Position numbers and translations under genes: made by a program
Source: the human T2T-CHM13v2.0 reference genome, Homo sapiens
Reading direction: 5' to 3' (one strand)
Length of the DNA: 64,000 nt
Assembly (NCBI RefSeq): GCF_009914755.1
Contig: NC_060928.1
Notes under the pieces: generated by a model
The model's database searches: none
Told to the model about the DNA's origin: nothing
Seen by the model: only the letters and a program-made list of their open reading frames with translations
Shown: positions 40,086 through 54,669 of the stretch, piece after piece
Layout: each line of letters starts with the position of its first letter
Numbering within the stretch: the stretch's first letter is position 1

Positions 40086-42269
40086 AAACCACCCTGGGAT
40101 GTTTGCAGGGAAGCCATGATATGCTTGGATCTGACCATTTCCCTGCCTCCTTCCTTCCTTCCCTCTCCTCCTAGTCTGACCACCATATATAAAGGCACAG
40201 GCTTTCTACTTCCTCTTCCTCCCTACCTTGCACTTCCTAGTATCATCTTCACTTCTTCCAGGGGCATTACACTCACTGCTCAGCTATTAGAGCCAATCAT
40301 GACTTTAGGACTACTTTATTCAACTAGAGCTGACTCTTGATACCAAAAGTTGGGTCTTGGGGCTTTCTAAATCCCATCTCTCTCCAAAAAGCCCAACTTT
40401 CAAGACCCTCCCCCACTCCACCTAAAACAGTGAGGAAATATACTGTTACCTCTTTGTTCTGTATAGTATGACATTTTTCTTACCTGGAACAGTAAGCCTC
40501 ATAGTTTAGCCTCGACTAGAAGTTAAAGGTTAAAAAGGAATAAGATTTAAGGGACAAATGGATACAATCATTTTCAGGTATTTAAAGTATTATTCATTAT
40601 AGAAACTAAGAACTCCATATGCAAAGAGTTTAAAATAGGACTGGGCACATAAGCACAGCTGTAATCATTATCAATATTTTTACTGAACGTAAAGCAAAGG
40701 CAGGCCTGTATGCCAGAGATAAGGAGGGAGAGAGTACATTGCCATGTTGGGACTGATTATGCTGAAAACCTTCTATTATGAAATAAATACTACCTTTTGA
40801 ATTTCCATTTGCAAAAATCTTGGGGATATAGAAAGTGTGAGAAAGAGTGAAAAATGAAATCAGAATACACTTTGCATTGGGTTTACCAGAGAAGGTCGGC
40901 TGACCGATTCAACATCTGAAACCTAAAACCTGTTTTTCATATCTCAATTTTGACATGTTCTAGCTTTTCCCAAAATTCAACGTAAACAAAATCAGCTGCC
41001 TCATCACCCCAGAAAGTATGCAACAACATGGGGCATAAAGGATGTTAAAGTAACTACAACTCGCAGCTAAAACAAGATCATTGTAAAAGAAAATTATTGA
41101 CAGAAAATCATTGACTCATGATGGAGACCATTTTGGTAGAAAGGACAAAGAGAAGCTATAATATTAATCACAGTTAACAGAAAGTTGCCTCAGCTATAAG
41201 TTTTATGACCAAAACATCCAAGTTAAAATGTACATGTTGTTTCTGCTTTCTCTCAATGTGACAGTTGCTAACCCTGGTCCATTAAGCAGGCAGACCTGTG
41301 TGTGAATCTGCTGGGTGAGGCAGTATTAACCTCTTTGACATTAGTTTTCCTAACTCAGTGTCTCCTGTTTCTTCAGTTAAAGTGGATTTGGTGTTAATAT
41401 TTCCAGCCTTCCGAAGGACATGATTATAAGTGCCACCCAACCTTTGAGTATGATTATACTCTTTGCTACAAAGTACCCAGTGTCCTAGAAAATCAATAAG
41501 TCAGTCCCAATGGATAAAGTTAAAGATTTTTAAAAAATCAATATATCAGGAGGAAAAAGTATAGTCTCCAGCCATCTAGATATTTCAAATGTTATATTAT
41601 TTTTAAGTGACATCACCATTTGAGGGCCCATTTTTTCATAAAAACCCTAATGGTTTAACTGTTGTGACATCTTTAGTCATTGCTTAACAAACCTGAATCC
41701 CTCAGAGGGCTTCTTGGTGCCAGAAAGTGGATAACAGAACACAGAACAGAAGTGACCGGTACTTGATTACTCAAGGACTGTCCCAGAGGCCTGGCCGGAT
41801 CCCCTTGGTAGGCAAAATACAGGGAGGGGGTGCTATGTCCTAGAGCCTTCTACTTTTCACGGAGGAAGATTCTGGCCATGTCTGAAAGTTCCCTCCTGCA
41901 ATGCCTGAGGTTCTCCTACAGTGCCTCAGCAGCCTTGTGAGGACCCAGAGGATGGAGGAATATCCAGAATCTCACTTCCAGTGATTCTCAAGAGAGGGCT
42001 TTTCTGTTTTGAAAACACTTCTAAAGCCACTATCCTAATCCTGGGTTGTATAATCACGATAGAGGGAGGGAAGAACAAGCACCATTTATTCTCACAGTTA
42101 CTCCCACCTCCGAGCTAATGTTAACCAGGAGCACATGTTTTGAACTCCTGACCAATTGTTAGAGCGTAAAAACAACTAGAACAAATTGCATGTAAAATAT
42201 CTTAATATAGTTCATTTTAAAAATAATAACTGAAATACAAGAAATATGCACAAGGTGCTGGGTGCAGTT

Positions 42270-42435
42270 ATGCGCAGTCCTGGCCACACATTGGAATGAC
42301 TGGGGAACTTAAAAAAAGTCAAGAATCTAACTGAAAAGGTTCCACTTTAATTGGTGCGGAATGGAGTTGAAGAATCAGTGTTCTTTAAGTTTCCCATGTG
42401 ATTCTAATGTACAAAAGCAACTGATTAAAACCACA
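42270..42435. mobile_element. MER5-like remnant
   Basis: GGCCACACATTGGAATGACTGGGGAACTTAAAAAA..TTTAATTGGT..TTCCCATGTGATTCTAATGTACA..AAAACCACAG. Confidence 0.55.
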
Positions 42436-42651
42436 GTATTACAAATACACAGAGAAAGAGTCTATCTGTCCAAAGAGCAGAAGCGCAGAAATACCTCGTA
42501 CAGGATCCCAAAGCTTCGAGATACCACAATGGTCTCCTAGCAACTGCTTCACCTGAAGGCCACTGAAGTAGCAGCTGTTATGACTAAAAGTTAATGGGAG
42601 CAGTTTTCATCCTTGTGTCTCAGTCTGATTACATTACCATTTGCTTTGGTA

Positions 42652-42828
42652 CAGTATTTCCAAAGCTCATAATCATAAGTCACCTGAGAAACTTGCTCAA
42701 ACTAGAGATTCCAGGCTTTTCCTTCCTAGTTCTATTCAATAGGTCTCTATACTACAGCCTAGGAAGCTGTACATTCAATAAGCACCTCAGGTAGTGCTTA
42801 TGACTTGGCAAGTTGGAGAAACTCTGCT
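42652..42828. mobile_element. MER5-like remnant
   Basis: CAGTATTTCCAAAGCT..AAGTCACCTGAGAAACTTGCTCAAA..AATAAGCACCTCAGGTAGTGCTTATG..AAGTTGGAGAAACTCTG. Confidence 0.55.
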
Positions 42829-43259
42829 CTAGAATCTAAATTGTTAAAACGGCCTCTCAGTTCCAGTCTTACCATTTCACCCAGCTTCAATTCATCACAT
42901 ACATTATTTCTAGAACACTCTTCCCACTTCCTATATCCATTATGCCACACTCTGCTGGCTAGCACAGCCTGGCTACATGTTCTCAGTTGTGTCATTTGTG
43001 TACTATTCTTGTTTGAATTCCCCTCCCCTCTGGAAGGGCAGGAACTGGGACTGGGCATAGAGGAGATCGTTATGGTCTTGAGACCACAGAACACGGAGGT
43101 TAGGATAATCCAAAAACAATAACAAAAAGTAATAATAAAAAGTGAAACTATATTTGGAAGTCAAGCAGACAATGGAGCTAAACAGCCTATCTGAAGCACC
43201 CTAGCCTACAAGGCCTTCCTGTGTACTCGTTGGGAAAAAGAGATGTTAACCACCATAGC

Positions 43260-43480
43260 AATAATGGCTGACACCTTTGCAATTACTGCCAAGTGCTTTT
43301 CATACATCATCTCATTTCATCTACATAGAATATAAGGCATACACTACTCTTGTCCCAGTTTACATAGGAGAATGCATAGATGTTTAAGTAATTTGCCCAA
43401 TGACACACAACTGTTACATAATATAGAGCCAGGAAGCAAGCCCAGGTCAGGCAGGCTTTGAACCACTGAGCAATACTGTC
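43260..43480 (-). mobile_element. MIR
   Basis: AAGTGCTTTTCATACATCATCTCATTTCATC..TTTAAGTAATTTGCCCAATGACACACAACTG..AGAGCCAGGA. Confidence 0.75.
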
Positions 43481-44131
43481 TCCCACTTACAGAGAACAGA
43501 ACAAATAAGTAGGTTCAGGAAACAGCCTCAGTTTCCTCATCTTATGCCCTGGAAACAAGTGGACTATAAGAACTCCTAAGCTTAGACTGGAGTCTAGTGT
43601 TTCAGGGAGGCACCCCAGATACCATGTCATGCTTCTTCCTTAACCTGCTTCTTGGGAATTTTTATTTAATATTGTTGAATGTGCTTTTTAAAAATTTTTT
43701 TTAAATGTTGATTGAATGCAATTTACTTAAAAGTGACTTTATTCCGAGCCACATTTGTTAGAATCATCTTCGTTGGCTGACAATTCAAGACAAAAATTTT
43801 GGTACCTAACGTAGGTTCTATATTCTGTTTCACATTCGTTTTTAATCATGTTTCTGAGAAATGAGGCCATTCCTTTGAATGTGTTTCTTGTAGTAACAGG
43901 TTCAAGGAAAATGATAATGAAAAAAAAATCTGATGTCTCTACTTTTCTGAGAAATATGGAAGGAAATCCTTTAAGAAATTGATTATAATATATGTTATAG
44001 TGGAAAACAAATAAACTTGGTATCAAACAAGCCAAGGTTTGCCTCACTGTAAGCTGTGTTACCTGGATTAATTACTTCCCTTCTCTGAGCAATGATGATT
44101 AATCTTAAAGTAAGGATAGTATTACCTAAAA

Positions 44132-44359
44132 CAGAGCTGACAAACTATGACCATGAGCCAAATACGGCCCCTCCGGACTGTTCTTTAAAACCCTCCCTCC
44201 AGAGAAGAATAATTTTTACATTTTTTAAGAGTTGCAAAAAAAAAAAAAGAAGACGAAGAAGAAAAAGAATATTCAATAGAGTTCCTATGAGGCCTGCAAA
44301 GTCTAAAATATTTATTAATACTATCTGGCCCTTTATAGAAAAAAATTTACCAACCCCTG
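44132..44359 (+). mobile_element. MER58C-like hAT-Charlie MITE inserted in a MIR remnant
   Basis: CAGAGCTGACAAACTATG start; TATCTGGCCCTTTATAGAAAAAAATTTACCAACCCCTG end; 8-bp TSD ACCTAAAA/ACCTGAAG. Confidence 0.8.
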
Positions 44360-46397
44360 ACCTGAAGGCAAGACCCACCTAGGTTATCATAAAAAACAAA
44401 GCTAAGATGAGATACAGAATCTATATTTTAAAGTAGGTTCTCTCACTAGATCCCAACAAGGCTCCCAGTACTTGAAATTCAAATTTGTGTTTCAGCAAAA
44501 TTTCAAATGACCACAGGCCTCCTAACAAAGGAGAGAAGCATCAAAGCAAAGACTCATTCTGTGAAAGGCAAGGATCTGCTACCTGAATTATTGCTAAGCT
44601 TGGTGTAGCATAAATGTTTTCAAACAGGGAAGGAGACATGACTTGGAATCTACTGTCCTTTAAAATGTCACGCAGAAGCATAAACAAACAAAACAAGTAA
44701 CCTCTGGCGTTGTTCTGAAGGGGAGGGAATAAGAATGGGTGGGCTGGACCTTCACTTGACCTCTCCTGTCCCTCCGGAGCAGGCAGCCTCAAGAGATCCT
44801 TGGAGGCACAAAGACTGTTCTGTGTGTGTGTTTGTATGTGTGTGCACATATATATGTTTGTATGTATTTCAAAATTGGAACAAAATGAAATTCATTTACA
44901 ATAACATGATTTTTAAAAATGATAGAAATGCTATATAAAGAGATAACTACATTATGAAAGTCTGAAAGTTCCCTCATCATTGCAGCTAGAGAAAGTTAAG
45001 TGTCTCCGCCAGGACCTGGAAAGCATTGCATTCTGTCCCCCACCTCAGCCACTCACTGTTTCTGGTTAAGGGATTCATACCAGTCACAAGGAAATTTGGC
45101 TTCCATCCAAGAGGAGGGGGAAGAAAACAAAAACAACTCCTCTGTAAAACAGAAAGGAAAATGAGTCTGACAGATTTATTCCTTTCTGCATTTCCTGTTG
45201 CTGCTTCCCAAGGTTGGCTTTCAAAAGCAAGACTTTGTCCCATGAGAATAACCACTATAGCGTGGCAGCCCTCTCTGAGAAAGATCAGCCTCTCCATTTT
45301 CATTTCTTGATTTTTTTTTAAATTCCACAGCCCCAGAACAAGCTCCAGCTGCCCTCTGTGTCCAATACAAACATGTAATATTCTCTTTCCTTTGTTTTTA
45401 TAAGACTTTAGAAAAGAAGAAGGTGGGGATTGTTATCAAAGTCACAAGGACAGAGAAGGTGAACCCAGGCATGGTCCCAGAGGGAGGAAGAAGCCATGTG
45501 ATATTTGCAGAACAAACAGAAATAATGACAAACTAACACTTTCAAAAAAACTAGAACCATTCTCATTCATGTGTCTGCTTAAAAATGTATGTTTTTTAAG
45601 TACATGTAAGTGATACCCCAAAGACAGATTCAGGAGATTGGAGATAGGCATGCATATAAGTGCAGACTCGAGCAAAGGATAAAATGATTCCACGGGGGCA
45701 GAATGGTGAACTAATGTATATTACATGTCAAAGTGTCTGCCAATTGGGTATGTTCTTATAAAGAATTAATGTTTCACTCACATTCAATACAGTTGACTTG
45801 CTCCAGCTGAAATGGACCTAGATAGCTATTTATTATCTGAATAGCTTTAACACAGTATTCTCCACCCCGAAGCTGAAGTTATTGAGTCTAACATGTGGTA
45901 TTCATTAGTAGAAATCCTGGAGTGTAATTGTCTAGATTTTAGGCATAAAGCTTTGCAATAAAATTTTGCATTAAAGAAAAGATTTATATGCAGTCTCCTG
46001 AGTTCTGCCACCAACATAGTAGAAACAACAACAATTTTCTTTTCCTTTGGCCTAAAACACATTTCACTGGCTTTTTAAAGAGAAATTACATTCAGAAAAA
46101 TCAGAGCTCTTTTTGCAACAAATTTTTTAAAATATTTAAGATATCCTTTCTGGAAAATCATTTAGGAAAAATAACTCAATCCTTCTTGAAAGGATAGGGA
46201 ATAGTGATTTCTGTATGCAAGACATTTAATTCCCTCCCACTTTCTTCCTCCTCCTTTTTCCCAGTTCTTCCTCCCACCCACTTATTTGAGAATTATAATT
46301 ATATAGAGAAAAAGCTATTAATAATTTGTAAAATAACTTGTTAGGTTTTATTAATTAGCAAATAATATTTTATTCCCATTTCATATAATTTAAAGTA

Positions 46398-46710
<313 letters not shown>

Positions 46711-47979
46711 TAATCTATTTTTGTTCATTTGTTTATTTTAGCAGTGATGAAATTATAATATCAAGGGCCTAAAAAATTGAGAAACATTATGAGAGTAAGG
46801 TGTAGGGAGCAGTTTGGGATTCTTTTTAAAAGCCTTTATACCCAAAACGGAAAAGTTTTAGATCCTCATTTTTTAAATATTGAATAAAATATTTAAGATA
46901 AGGTCATCAGACATTGAATACTTTACTTAAAGCTTTACTACCACCAGCTCCACAATAATCTAAGGACTATGAAAGAAGAAGTCACATAAAATGAACTGGA
47001 GTTTCAAATCCTAGCACATTTGTGTACACACAAAAAATACATTGCTTATATTTCTTTCCCTTTTAAAGTGTGTGATTTTTCATTTCTATCAAAGTAATAT
47101 ATACAGATATTTTTAAAAATCAAATAGTACCTGTAAAGGAATGAAGTTGGACTCTTGCCTTACACCACATACAAAAATTAACTTAAAATTTATCTAAGAC
47201 CTAAACATAAGACCTAAAATACAAAACTCTTAGAAGAAAACATAAGGTGGTCTTCATGACATTGGATTTGGCAATGGTTTCTTGGATATGACACCAAAAA
47301 CAAAGACAAAAGAAAAATAGATAAGTTGAACACATCGAAATGAAAAACTTCTGTGCATCAAAGAACACAATAAACAGAGTAAAATGGCAATCTCCAAAAT
47401 GGGAGAAAATATTTGCAAATCATATATCTGATAAGACATTAATATCCAGAATATGTGAAGAACTTCTACAACTCAACAACAATAAGAAATAAATAATTCA
47501 ATCTGAAAATGGGCAAAGAATTTGAATCGACATTTCTTCAAATAAAATATACCAACAAGTATATGAAAAGATGTTCAACATCACTAATCATTAAAACAAT
47601 ATAAATAAAAACCATGATGAGATATCATCTCACATTCATTAAGATATCTACTATTTTTATAAAAGAAAATAACAAGTGTTAGGGAAAATCTGGAGAAACT
47701 GGAAACTTTGTGTACTATTGATGGAAATGTAAAATAGTACAGCACATTGGCAAACAGTGTGGCAGTTTTTCAAAAAATTAAAACTAGGATTACCATATGA
47801 TCTAATGATTCCACTTTGGCCATATATTTAAAAGAAATGAAAGCAAGGGCTCAAAGAGATATTTGTATACCCATGCTCATAGCATTATTCACAAAAGCTA
47901 AGTGATGGAAGCAATGCAAATGTTCATGAACAGATGGATACATAAACAGAATGTGGTATGTATGTACAGTGAAATATTA

Positions 47980-48427
<448 letters not shown>

Positions 48428-48616
48428 CTAGAGTAGTCAAATTCATAGAAACAGGAATTAGAATGATGGTTGTCAGGGCTGGAGGGGGAAATGAAGAGCT
48501 GTTTGATAGATCTAGAGTTTCAGTTTTGCAAAATGAAAAAGTTCTAGAGATTGATTAGATAACAGTGTGAAAATACTTAGCACTACTGGACACTTAAAAA
48601 TAGTCAAGATGGTGTC

Positions 48617-49018
48617 TGTCTTAGTCTGCTTGTGCTGGTATAACAAAATAACTGAGAGTGGGTAACCTATAAGGACAGAAATTTATTTCTCACAGTTCTA
48701 GAAGCTGAGAAGGCCAAGCTCAAGGCACCAGCAGGTTTTGTGTCTGGTGAAGACCTGGTCTCTACTTCCAAGATGGCACCTTGAATGCTGCTTCCTCCAG
48801 AAGGGACAAAGGCTGTATCCTCACATGGTGAAAGAACAAAAGAGAGCAAACTCACTCCCTCAAGCCATTTTATGAGAGCTCTAATCCCATCCACAGGGGC
48901 TCTACCTTCATGACTTAATCACCTACTAAAAGCCCCCCACCTTGTAATACTATCATATTGGCGATTACATTTCAGTATGAATTTTAGAGGAGACACAAAT
49001 ATTCAAACCAAACCATAA
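48617..49018 (-). mobile_element. MSTD-like MaLR solo LTR
   Basis: TGTCTTAGTCTG..AGAAATTTATTTCTCACAGTTCTAGAAGCTG..TTCCAAGATGGCACCTTG..ACACAAATATTCAAACCA. Confidence 0.85.
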
Positions 49019-49154
49019 GGTAAATTTTATGTTTCGTGTACTTCATGACAATTAAAATGTTTTTAATTTAAAAATAATTTTCTAAAAGTCAAATAGTGGG
49101 GTTGGGGGCAGGTTTAAAAAGAATTAAAATGGAAAAAATAAAGAAAAGTCAAAT

Positions 49155-49315
49155 AGTGACTGCTAATGGCTATAAAGTTTACTTGTAAGACACTGAAAAT
49201 GTCCTAAAATTAGACTGAGGTGATATTTGCACAACTCTATGACTATACTAAAAGCCATTGTATTATACACTTTAAATTGGTAAATAATGTGGTTTGTGGA
49301 TTATATCTCAATGAA
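49155..49315 (+). mobile_element. L1MB7/L1ME1-type 3' terminal fragment
   Basis: AGTGACTGCTAATGG..TGAAAATGTCCTAAAATTAGA..TGCACAACTCTATGACTATACTAAAAGCCATTG..TTATATCTCAAT. Confidence 0.75.
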
Positions 49316-49680
49316 TAGAACAAAAAAGCTGAATAAAAGAAGAGTCCTCCTGCTTAACTGCCTGAGCTGGGACTTTGGTCTTTTCTTGCCTTCAGACCCA
49401 AACTGACCTTGGATCTTCTTGAGTCTCCAGCCTGCCATCACTAGGACTGGAACTTATACCATAAGCTCTCCAGGTTCTTAGGACTTTGGACTCAGACTGG
49501 AACTATATCATCGACTCTCCTGAGTCTCCAGCTTACTAATTGCAGATTTGGGGACTTTTCAGCCTCCATAACTGTGTGAGCCAATTCCTTATAATCAGTC
49601 TCTTTATACACACACACATACATACACATACACACACACACACACCCTATTGGCTCTTTCTCTGGAGAACCTTAAAATAC
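49316..49680 (+). mobile_element. MLT2 LTR 3' part with internal (CA)n
   Basis: TAGAACAAAAAAGCTGAATAA..GGACTCAGACTGGAACTA..CAGCCTCCATAACTGTGTGAGCCAATTCCTT..CCTATTGGCTCTTTCTCTGGAGAACC. Confidence 0.8.
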
Positions 49681-49784
49681 CCCCATATCTCCAAATAATA
49701 TGTTCAACTTATTTCTTGATATTATCTTCCTTCAACAGAAGATAAGAATCTAGCTCTCATCCCTAATTAAGTTATATTACATTG

Positions 49785-50436
49785 CAATGTTGATGGAGTA
49801 TCACCACATTGTGTTCTATAAGACTCTGTCTTAGCTAACTTGAAAGGGAGATTATCCTTGGTGGCTTGATAAAGTGAGCAGCCACACTGAAGAGGCTCAT
49901 TTAGCAAGCAACAGTAAGTGGTCTCTAGGTAGGGTAGGCAGCCTCTAGGATCTGAAGGCAGCCTGCAGCTGACAGCCAGCTAAAAAGATGGGGCCCACAG
50001 CCACACAACGATAAGGAAATCATTTTGCCAACAACTTAAATATGCTTGGAATCAGCTCTTTCCCAAGTTCAGTCTCTGATGAGACTGCAGCCCCATTTGG
50101 AAACTAAATTGTAGCCTTGGGTGACCTGCAAGCAGAGAGCCTTGCTGAGCTATGCCTGAAGGTTCATCACACAGAAACTAAGATAAAATGTCATGCACAT
50201 GCCTGTTGTCCCAGCTACTCAGGAGTCTGAGGCTGGAGGATCACCTGAGCCCAGGGAGGTCAAGGCTGCAGTGAGCCACGATTGTACCACTGCACTCTAG
50301 CCTGGGTGACAGAGTGAGACCCTGTTTCAAAAAAAAAAAAAAAAAAAGATAAAAGATAAAAAGATAAAAATGTGTGTTGTTTAGGCCAGTAGACTTGCAG
50401 CAATTTGTTATCCAGCAACAGAAAAAAACAATACAA
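49785..50436 (+). mobile_element. MLT1E/F-like LTR interrupted by an Alu monomer
   Basis: GCAGCCTCTAGGATCTGAAGGCAGCCTGCAGCTGACAGCCAGC, TGCCAACAAC, GATGAGACTGCAGCCC; AATTTGTTATCCAGCAA..AATACA end. Confidence 0.75.
50193..50362 (+). mobile_element. Alu right monomer only (5'-truncated AluJ or FRAM)
   Basis: Starts at CACATGCCTGTTGTCCCAGC; A tail plus (AAAAGAT)n; TSD about AAGATAAAATGT. Confidence 0.85.
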
Positions 50437-50609
50437 TGGATTTTTTCAACTTCATTAGCAAATTTGTTATTAAAGTTTTAAAATTTTTGTATTATATTAA
50501 TTTCTGATTATTATGCTTGTTCTTTGAATACTTTTTCAAATGTCAATTGTGTCCAGGTCTAATTATGAAGGAAGGGAAGAAAAAATAATCTGAGGGCTTC
50601 CTTACAATT

Positions 50610-51101
50610 GATAACAAAAATATTAATACTTCTCTCCTCCCTGTATCCATACCCTTTGCAATATGATTTTTTAACTCCTTTCGTGAAGATATAGAGTTAT
50701 TTCCCCAACCCTTGAATCTGAGCTGGTCTTGTGACTTGCTTTCACCACTAGAATGTAGGGGGAAAATGACTGAGTTAGATACCAGTTAGAGCCTAGTCAT
50801 CAAGAAGTAGTTTAAGCTTCTACCCATTCTCTTGGTACCTTGCCTCTGCCTAATGAATAAGCCTGTTGGAGGACCAGACAGAGACCACACAGACCAGAGC
50901 TGAGTCAGCCTAAATGCACCTGCCAAAGCCCCAGAGATGTGAGAAAGCCAAGCCACAATCAACAAGGCCACTCACCCAACCTGGCAGATGACCTCACATC
51001 CAGCCCACTGGTGACCAGAATATTTGTGAGCTAGAAAAGTGCTTGTTATTTTAAGATACTACATTTTGAGGTGGTTTGTTATATAGTAATAGCCAAATAA
51101 C
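50610..51101 (+). mobile_element. MLT1H-like LTR
   Basis: CTCCCTGTATCCATACCCTTTGCAATATGA, CCCTTGAATCTGAGCTGGTCTTGTGACTTGCTTT, TTTGAGGTGGTTTGTTATATAGTAATAGC. Confidence 0.75.
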
Positions 51102-51345
51102 ACACGCTCTTTATACATATTTTTAGCCTATCCTTTCGTTTCAGCCTCACTCTCACCTTTCTTCGGAGATACCTGCTGCTGCCTCCAGTTTCTGGGAATG
51201 TGCAGTGTTAGTTACTGTTTTTCTTGTTGACTTCTCTCTTTGCATGTCATCAGGTTTCATCTTCCTATGTCCTGCTAAGCCAGAAGAGCATAGGAAGAGT
51301 TCCAGAGCCAGCCAGAATTCTGTCTTTCAAATTTTCATTGCCAAT

Positions 51346-51653
51346 TTCCTTTCTTTCTTTCTTTCCTTCTTTTTTTTTGACAGAGTCTTGCTCTGACGCC
51401 CAGGCTAGAGTGCAGTGGCATGATCTCGGTTCACTGCAGCCTCTGCCTCCCAGGTTCAAGCGATTCAACTGCCTCAGCCTCCTGAGTTAGCTGGGACTAC
51501 AGGCACGCATGACCACGCCCAGCTAATTTTTCTATTTTTAGTAGAGATGGAGTTTCACCATGTTGGCCAGGATGGTCTCGATCTCCTGACCTCGTGATCT
51601 GCCTTGGCCTCCCAAAGTGCTGGGATTATAGGCGTGAGCCACTGCACCCAGCC
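51346..51653 (-). mobile_element. AluSc-like
   Basis: TTGGCCAGGATGGTCTCGATCTCCTGACCTCGTGATC; (CTTT)n tail; TTGCCAA in both flanks. Confidence 0.9.
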
Positions 51654-52748
51654 TTGTTGCCAACTCTCATTTGGTGTTATAACCTCTTTCATTCTTTTTA
51701 ATGTTCTTTATTCCTTTACTGTCATTTAATGGGATTTCAGGAAAGAGTGGACATAAGCATGGCACTCAAATGTATCACTATAACCATGTGTTCAATACAA
51801 TCCTCAACTGCAAAAGCAAGATGTATTTCTGCCTCCAAATGCAATGCCATTTGTATAAAAAGAGATACGATGTGCTCACTCTCCATCACTTGCCACTTTT
51901 TTCTTCATGATTTATTTTTGACGTAGTTGTCCATAGCAACTCTCATTACCTGCCAGCACAATCTACCCACCTTATCTTGGTGTATTCTTCATCACTTATC
52001 AGAGTTTCTTCACTGGGGCTCTACAGAATCCCAGGAGTCTATAACATGTTGCTAGGGATTCTACAAGAGACATAAATGAGAAAAGTAAACACTGATTTTT
52101 AAATTTTTCATGCCTTGGAATTCTAACACTCATAGTAATGGATGATGACCAAGCAGCCCTGTTAGAAGTTTTTTTTAGCAGTCTTTCAGCCCATCTGGCA
52201 TTATAGAGTAAGACCATTTCATTTGATTGGATTCTCTTTTAATTTTCTATTTGAATTACAGGTGGCCATTAATAATTATTGAGCACAGAGTTGCACATAG
52301 CAGGAGTTCTTCAGAACTACATTCAACAACCCCTTACACATACCAAGTGACCAAGGGAAGAAAAAAATAACTCCACTAGTGCAAAAGAAAATCAGAGGGA
52401 AGTTTGTATTCTGAAGAAGAACTTTCTATGCACCATAACTCAGCTTGTTAATTTGCGGTTATTGTAAATGTTTCATGGATTGTGTAGGTAGATTGAATTG
52501 GATGTTTCTGTAGTCTTGGCTCCTTTCTTATTTATTTATTTGTTTATTTGTTTATTATGATCTTATGTTTTCTATTTTATTAGCCGTTTTTTGGTAAACA
52601 TGACTGATAATCCAATGTGGTGATGTTTGAAAACGAGAGATAGAAGATGTCGATTCTAGACCTATAGGGAGAGTTTGCATAAGGTTAACAACAAAGAATT
52701 ATAGTCTTCTGAGTCATTTCACTTTCTGGTTGAAATAAGTGACACAAT

Positions 52749-53229
52749 AGGAAAAAAGGAAGGGAAGGGAGGGAGGAAGGAAGGAAGGAAGGAAAAGAAA
52801 GAAAGAGAGAGAGAGAGAGAAAGAAAGGAAAAGAAACAAAGAAAGAGAAAGAGAAAGAAAGGAAAGAAAGAAAAGGAAAAGAAAGAAAGGGAAGGAGGGA
52901 GGGGGAGGGAGGAAGGAAGGGGAAAAGAAAGAAAGAGGAAAAGAAAGAAAAAGAGCAAAAAAGAAAAAAGGAAAGAAAGAAAGAGAAGAAAAAAGAAAAG
53001 AAAAGAAGAAAAGAAAAGGAAGGAAGGAAGGGAAAGAAGGAAAGAAAAGAGGGAGGGAGGAGAGAGGGGGAGGAAGGAGGGACGGAAGGAAGGGAGGGAG
53101 GAAGGAAGGGAGGAGGGGGAAGGGAGGAAGGGAGGGAGGATGGCAGGCAGGCAGGCAGGTGAGAGAGAGGGAAGGAGGGTGGGAGGAAGGAAAGGAAGGA
53201 AGGGAAGAAGGAAGAGAATGAAAGAAAGG
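52749..53229. repeat. ~480-bp polypurine (GA-rich) low-complexity tract
   Basis: Mosaic of (GGAA)n, (GAAA)n, (GA)n, (GGGA)n and (GGCA)n with almost no pyrimidines on the + strand. Confidence 0.97.
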
Positions 53230-53624
53230 TGACATGGTTTGGATGTCTGTTCTACCCACATCTCATGTGGAAATGTAATCCCCAATGTTGGAGGTGAGGC
53301 CTGGTGAGTGGTGTCATGGGGGTGGATCCTCATGAATGGCTCAGTGTTGTCTTTACCACAGTGAATGAGTTCTCCTGAAATCTGGTTGTTTAAAAGTGTG
53401 TGGCTCCTCCCCCCTCTCTTTTGCTCCTGCTCTAGCCTTGTGAGATGTCTGCCTCCCCTTTGCCTTATTTCATGATTGGAAGCTTCCTGGGGCCCTCACC
53501 AGAAGTAGATGCTAGAGTCATGCTTGTACAGCCTGCACAACTGTGAGACAATTAAACCTCTTTTCTTTATAAATTACCCAACCTCAGGTATTTCTTTACA
53601 GTAATGCAAGGGCAGGCTAATACA
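53230..53624 (+). mobile_element. MSTB/MSTA-like MaLR solo LTR
   Basis: TGACATGGTTTGGATGT start; CAATTAAACCTCTTTTCTTTATAAATTACCCA; CTAATACA end. Confidence 0.88.
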
Positions 53625-54258
53625 AAAAGAAAACAAATGTCAAGAGCAAGGATAAAAATAATCTCATTTCATTCAAAAACAAAATTTGTATGCTTATCTC
53701 AACAGTGAATTGATTATGCAGCAAATACTCAAACGTAAGTATCACATTTTTACAAGTATCATATTAAAGAGGTACATATCATTCTTTGCTTTTGTTTTCA
53801 AAAATAATGCTTTGTACATATACAGACCTATAAAAGAAACCACAAAACCAACATGTGTATAATAATTTTGTAACTCTATACGTTTGTAATAATTTTGTAA
53901 CTATATTTAAGCCTGATCATGTCAATCAGTAGCAAATTATTTCTTCAAAATCCTGACTAAAACTGTCTTAGACTATATTTTATTCATATTGTTTGGGTTA
54001 TGGCTTTAGGCGCTTTACTATTCAACATCATCAATGTTCAAGTTGAAAACATTAATTAAAATTAATTTACAGCTTGTATTTAAATTAAGTCTACACAGTC
54101 TACCTTTAGGAAATTAAATCCCATTTTGGCTTAAGACAGATATTTAGCAGAAATTTATTACGTTTGTCTCATGAGCTTTAAAAATTTATGAATGGAAAGA
54201 AATTAATTTTAAGTAAAGTAATCTAAACTTAACTGCCTATATTTTTCAAGAAAGTTTC

Positions 54259-54580
<322 letters not shown>

Positions 54581-54669
54581 TCATTTTTTCTCTAAATAAG
54601 AAGAAACTACTCTTGTACACACCATATCAGTTTTTTGTCCCATAAAAATTTGTGATAAAACTTTTAGGC

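Noticed and set aside
52714-53333. 181- and 204-aa F/S/L/P-rich ORFs
   Set aside because: Translations of the CT-rich strand of the low-complexity tract.
53860-53905. TAATAATTTTGTAACT duplicated
   Set aside because: Ordinary short tandem duplication in very AT-rich DNA with no further structure.
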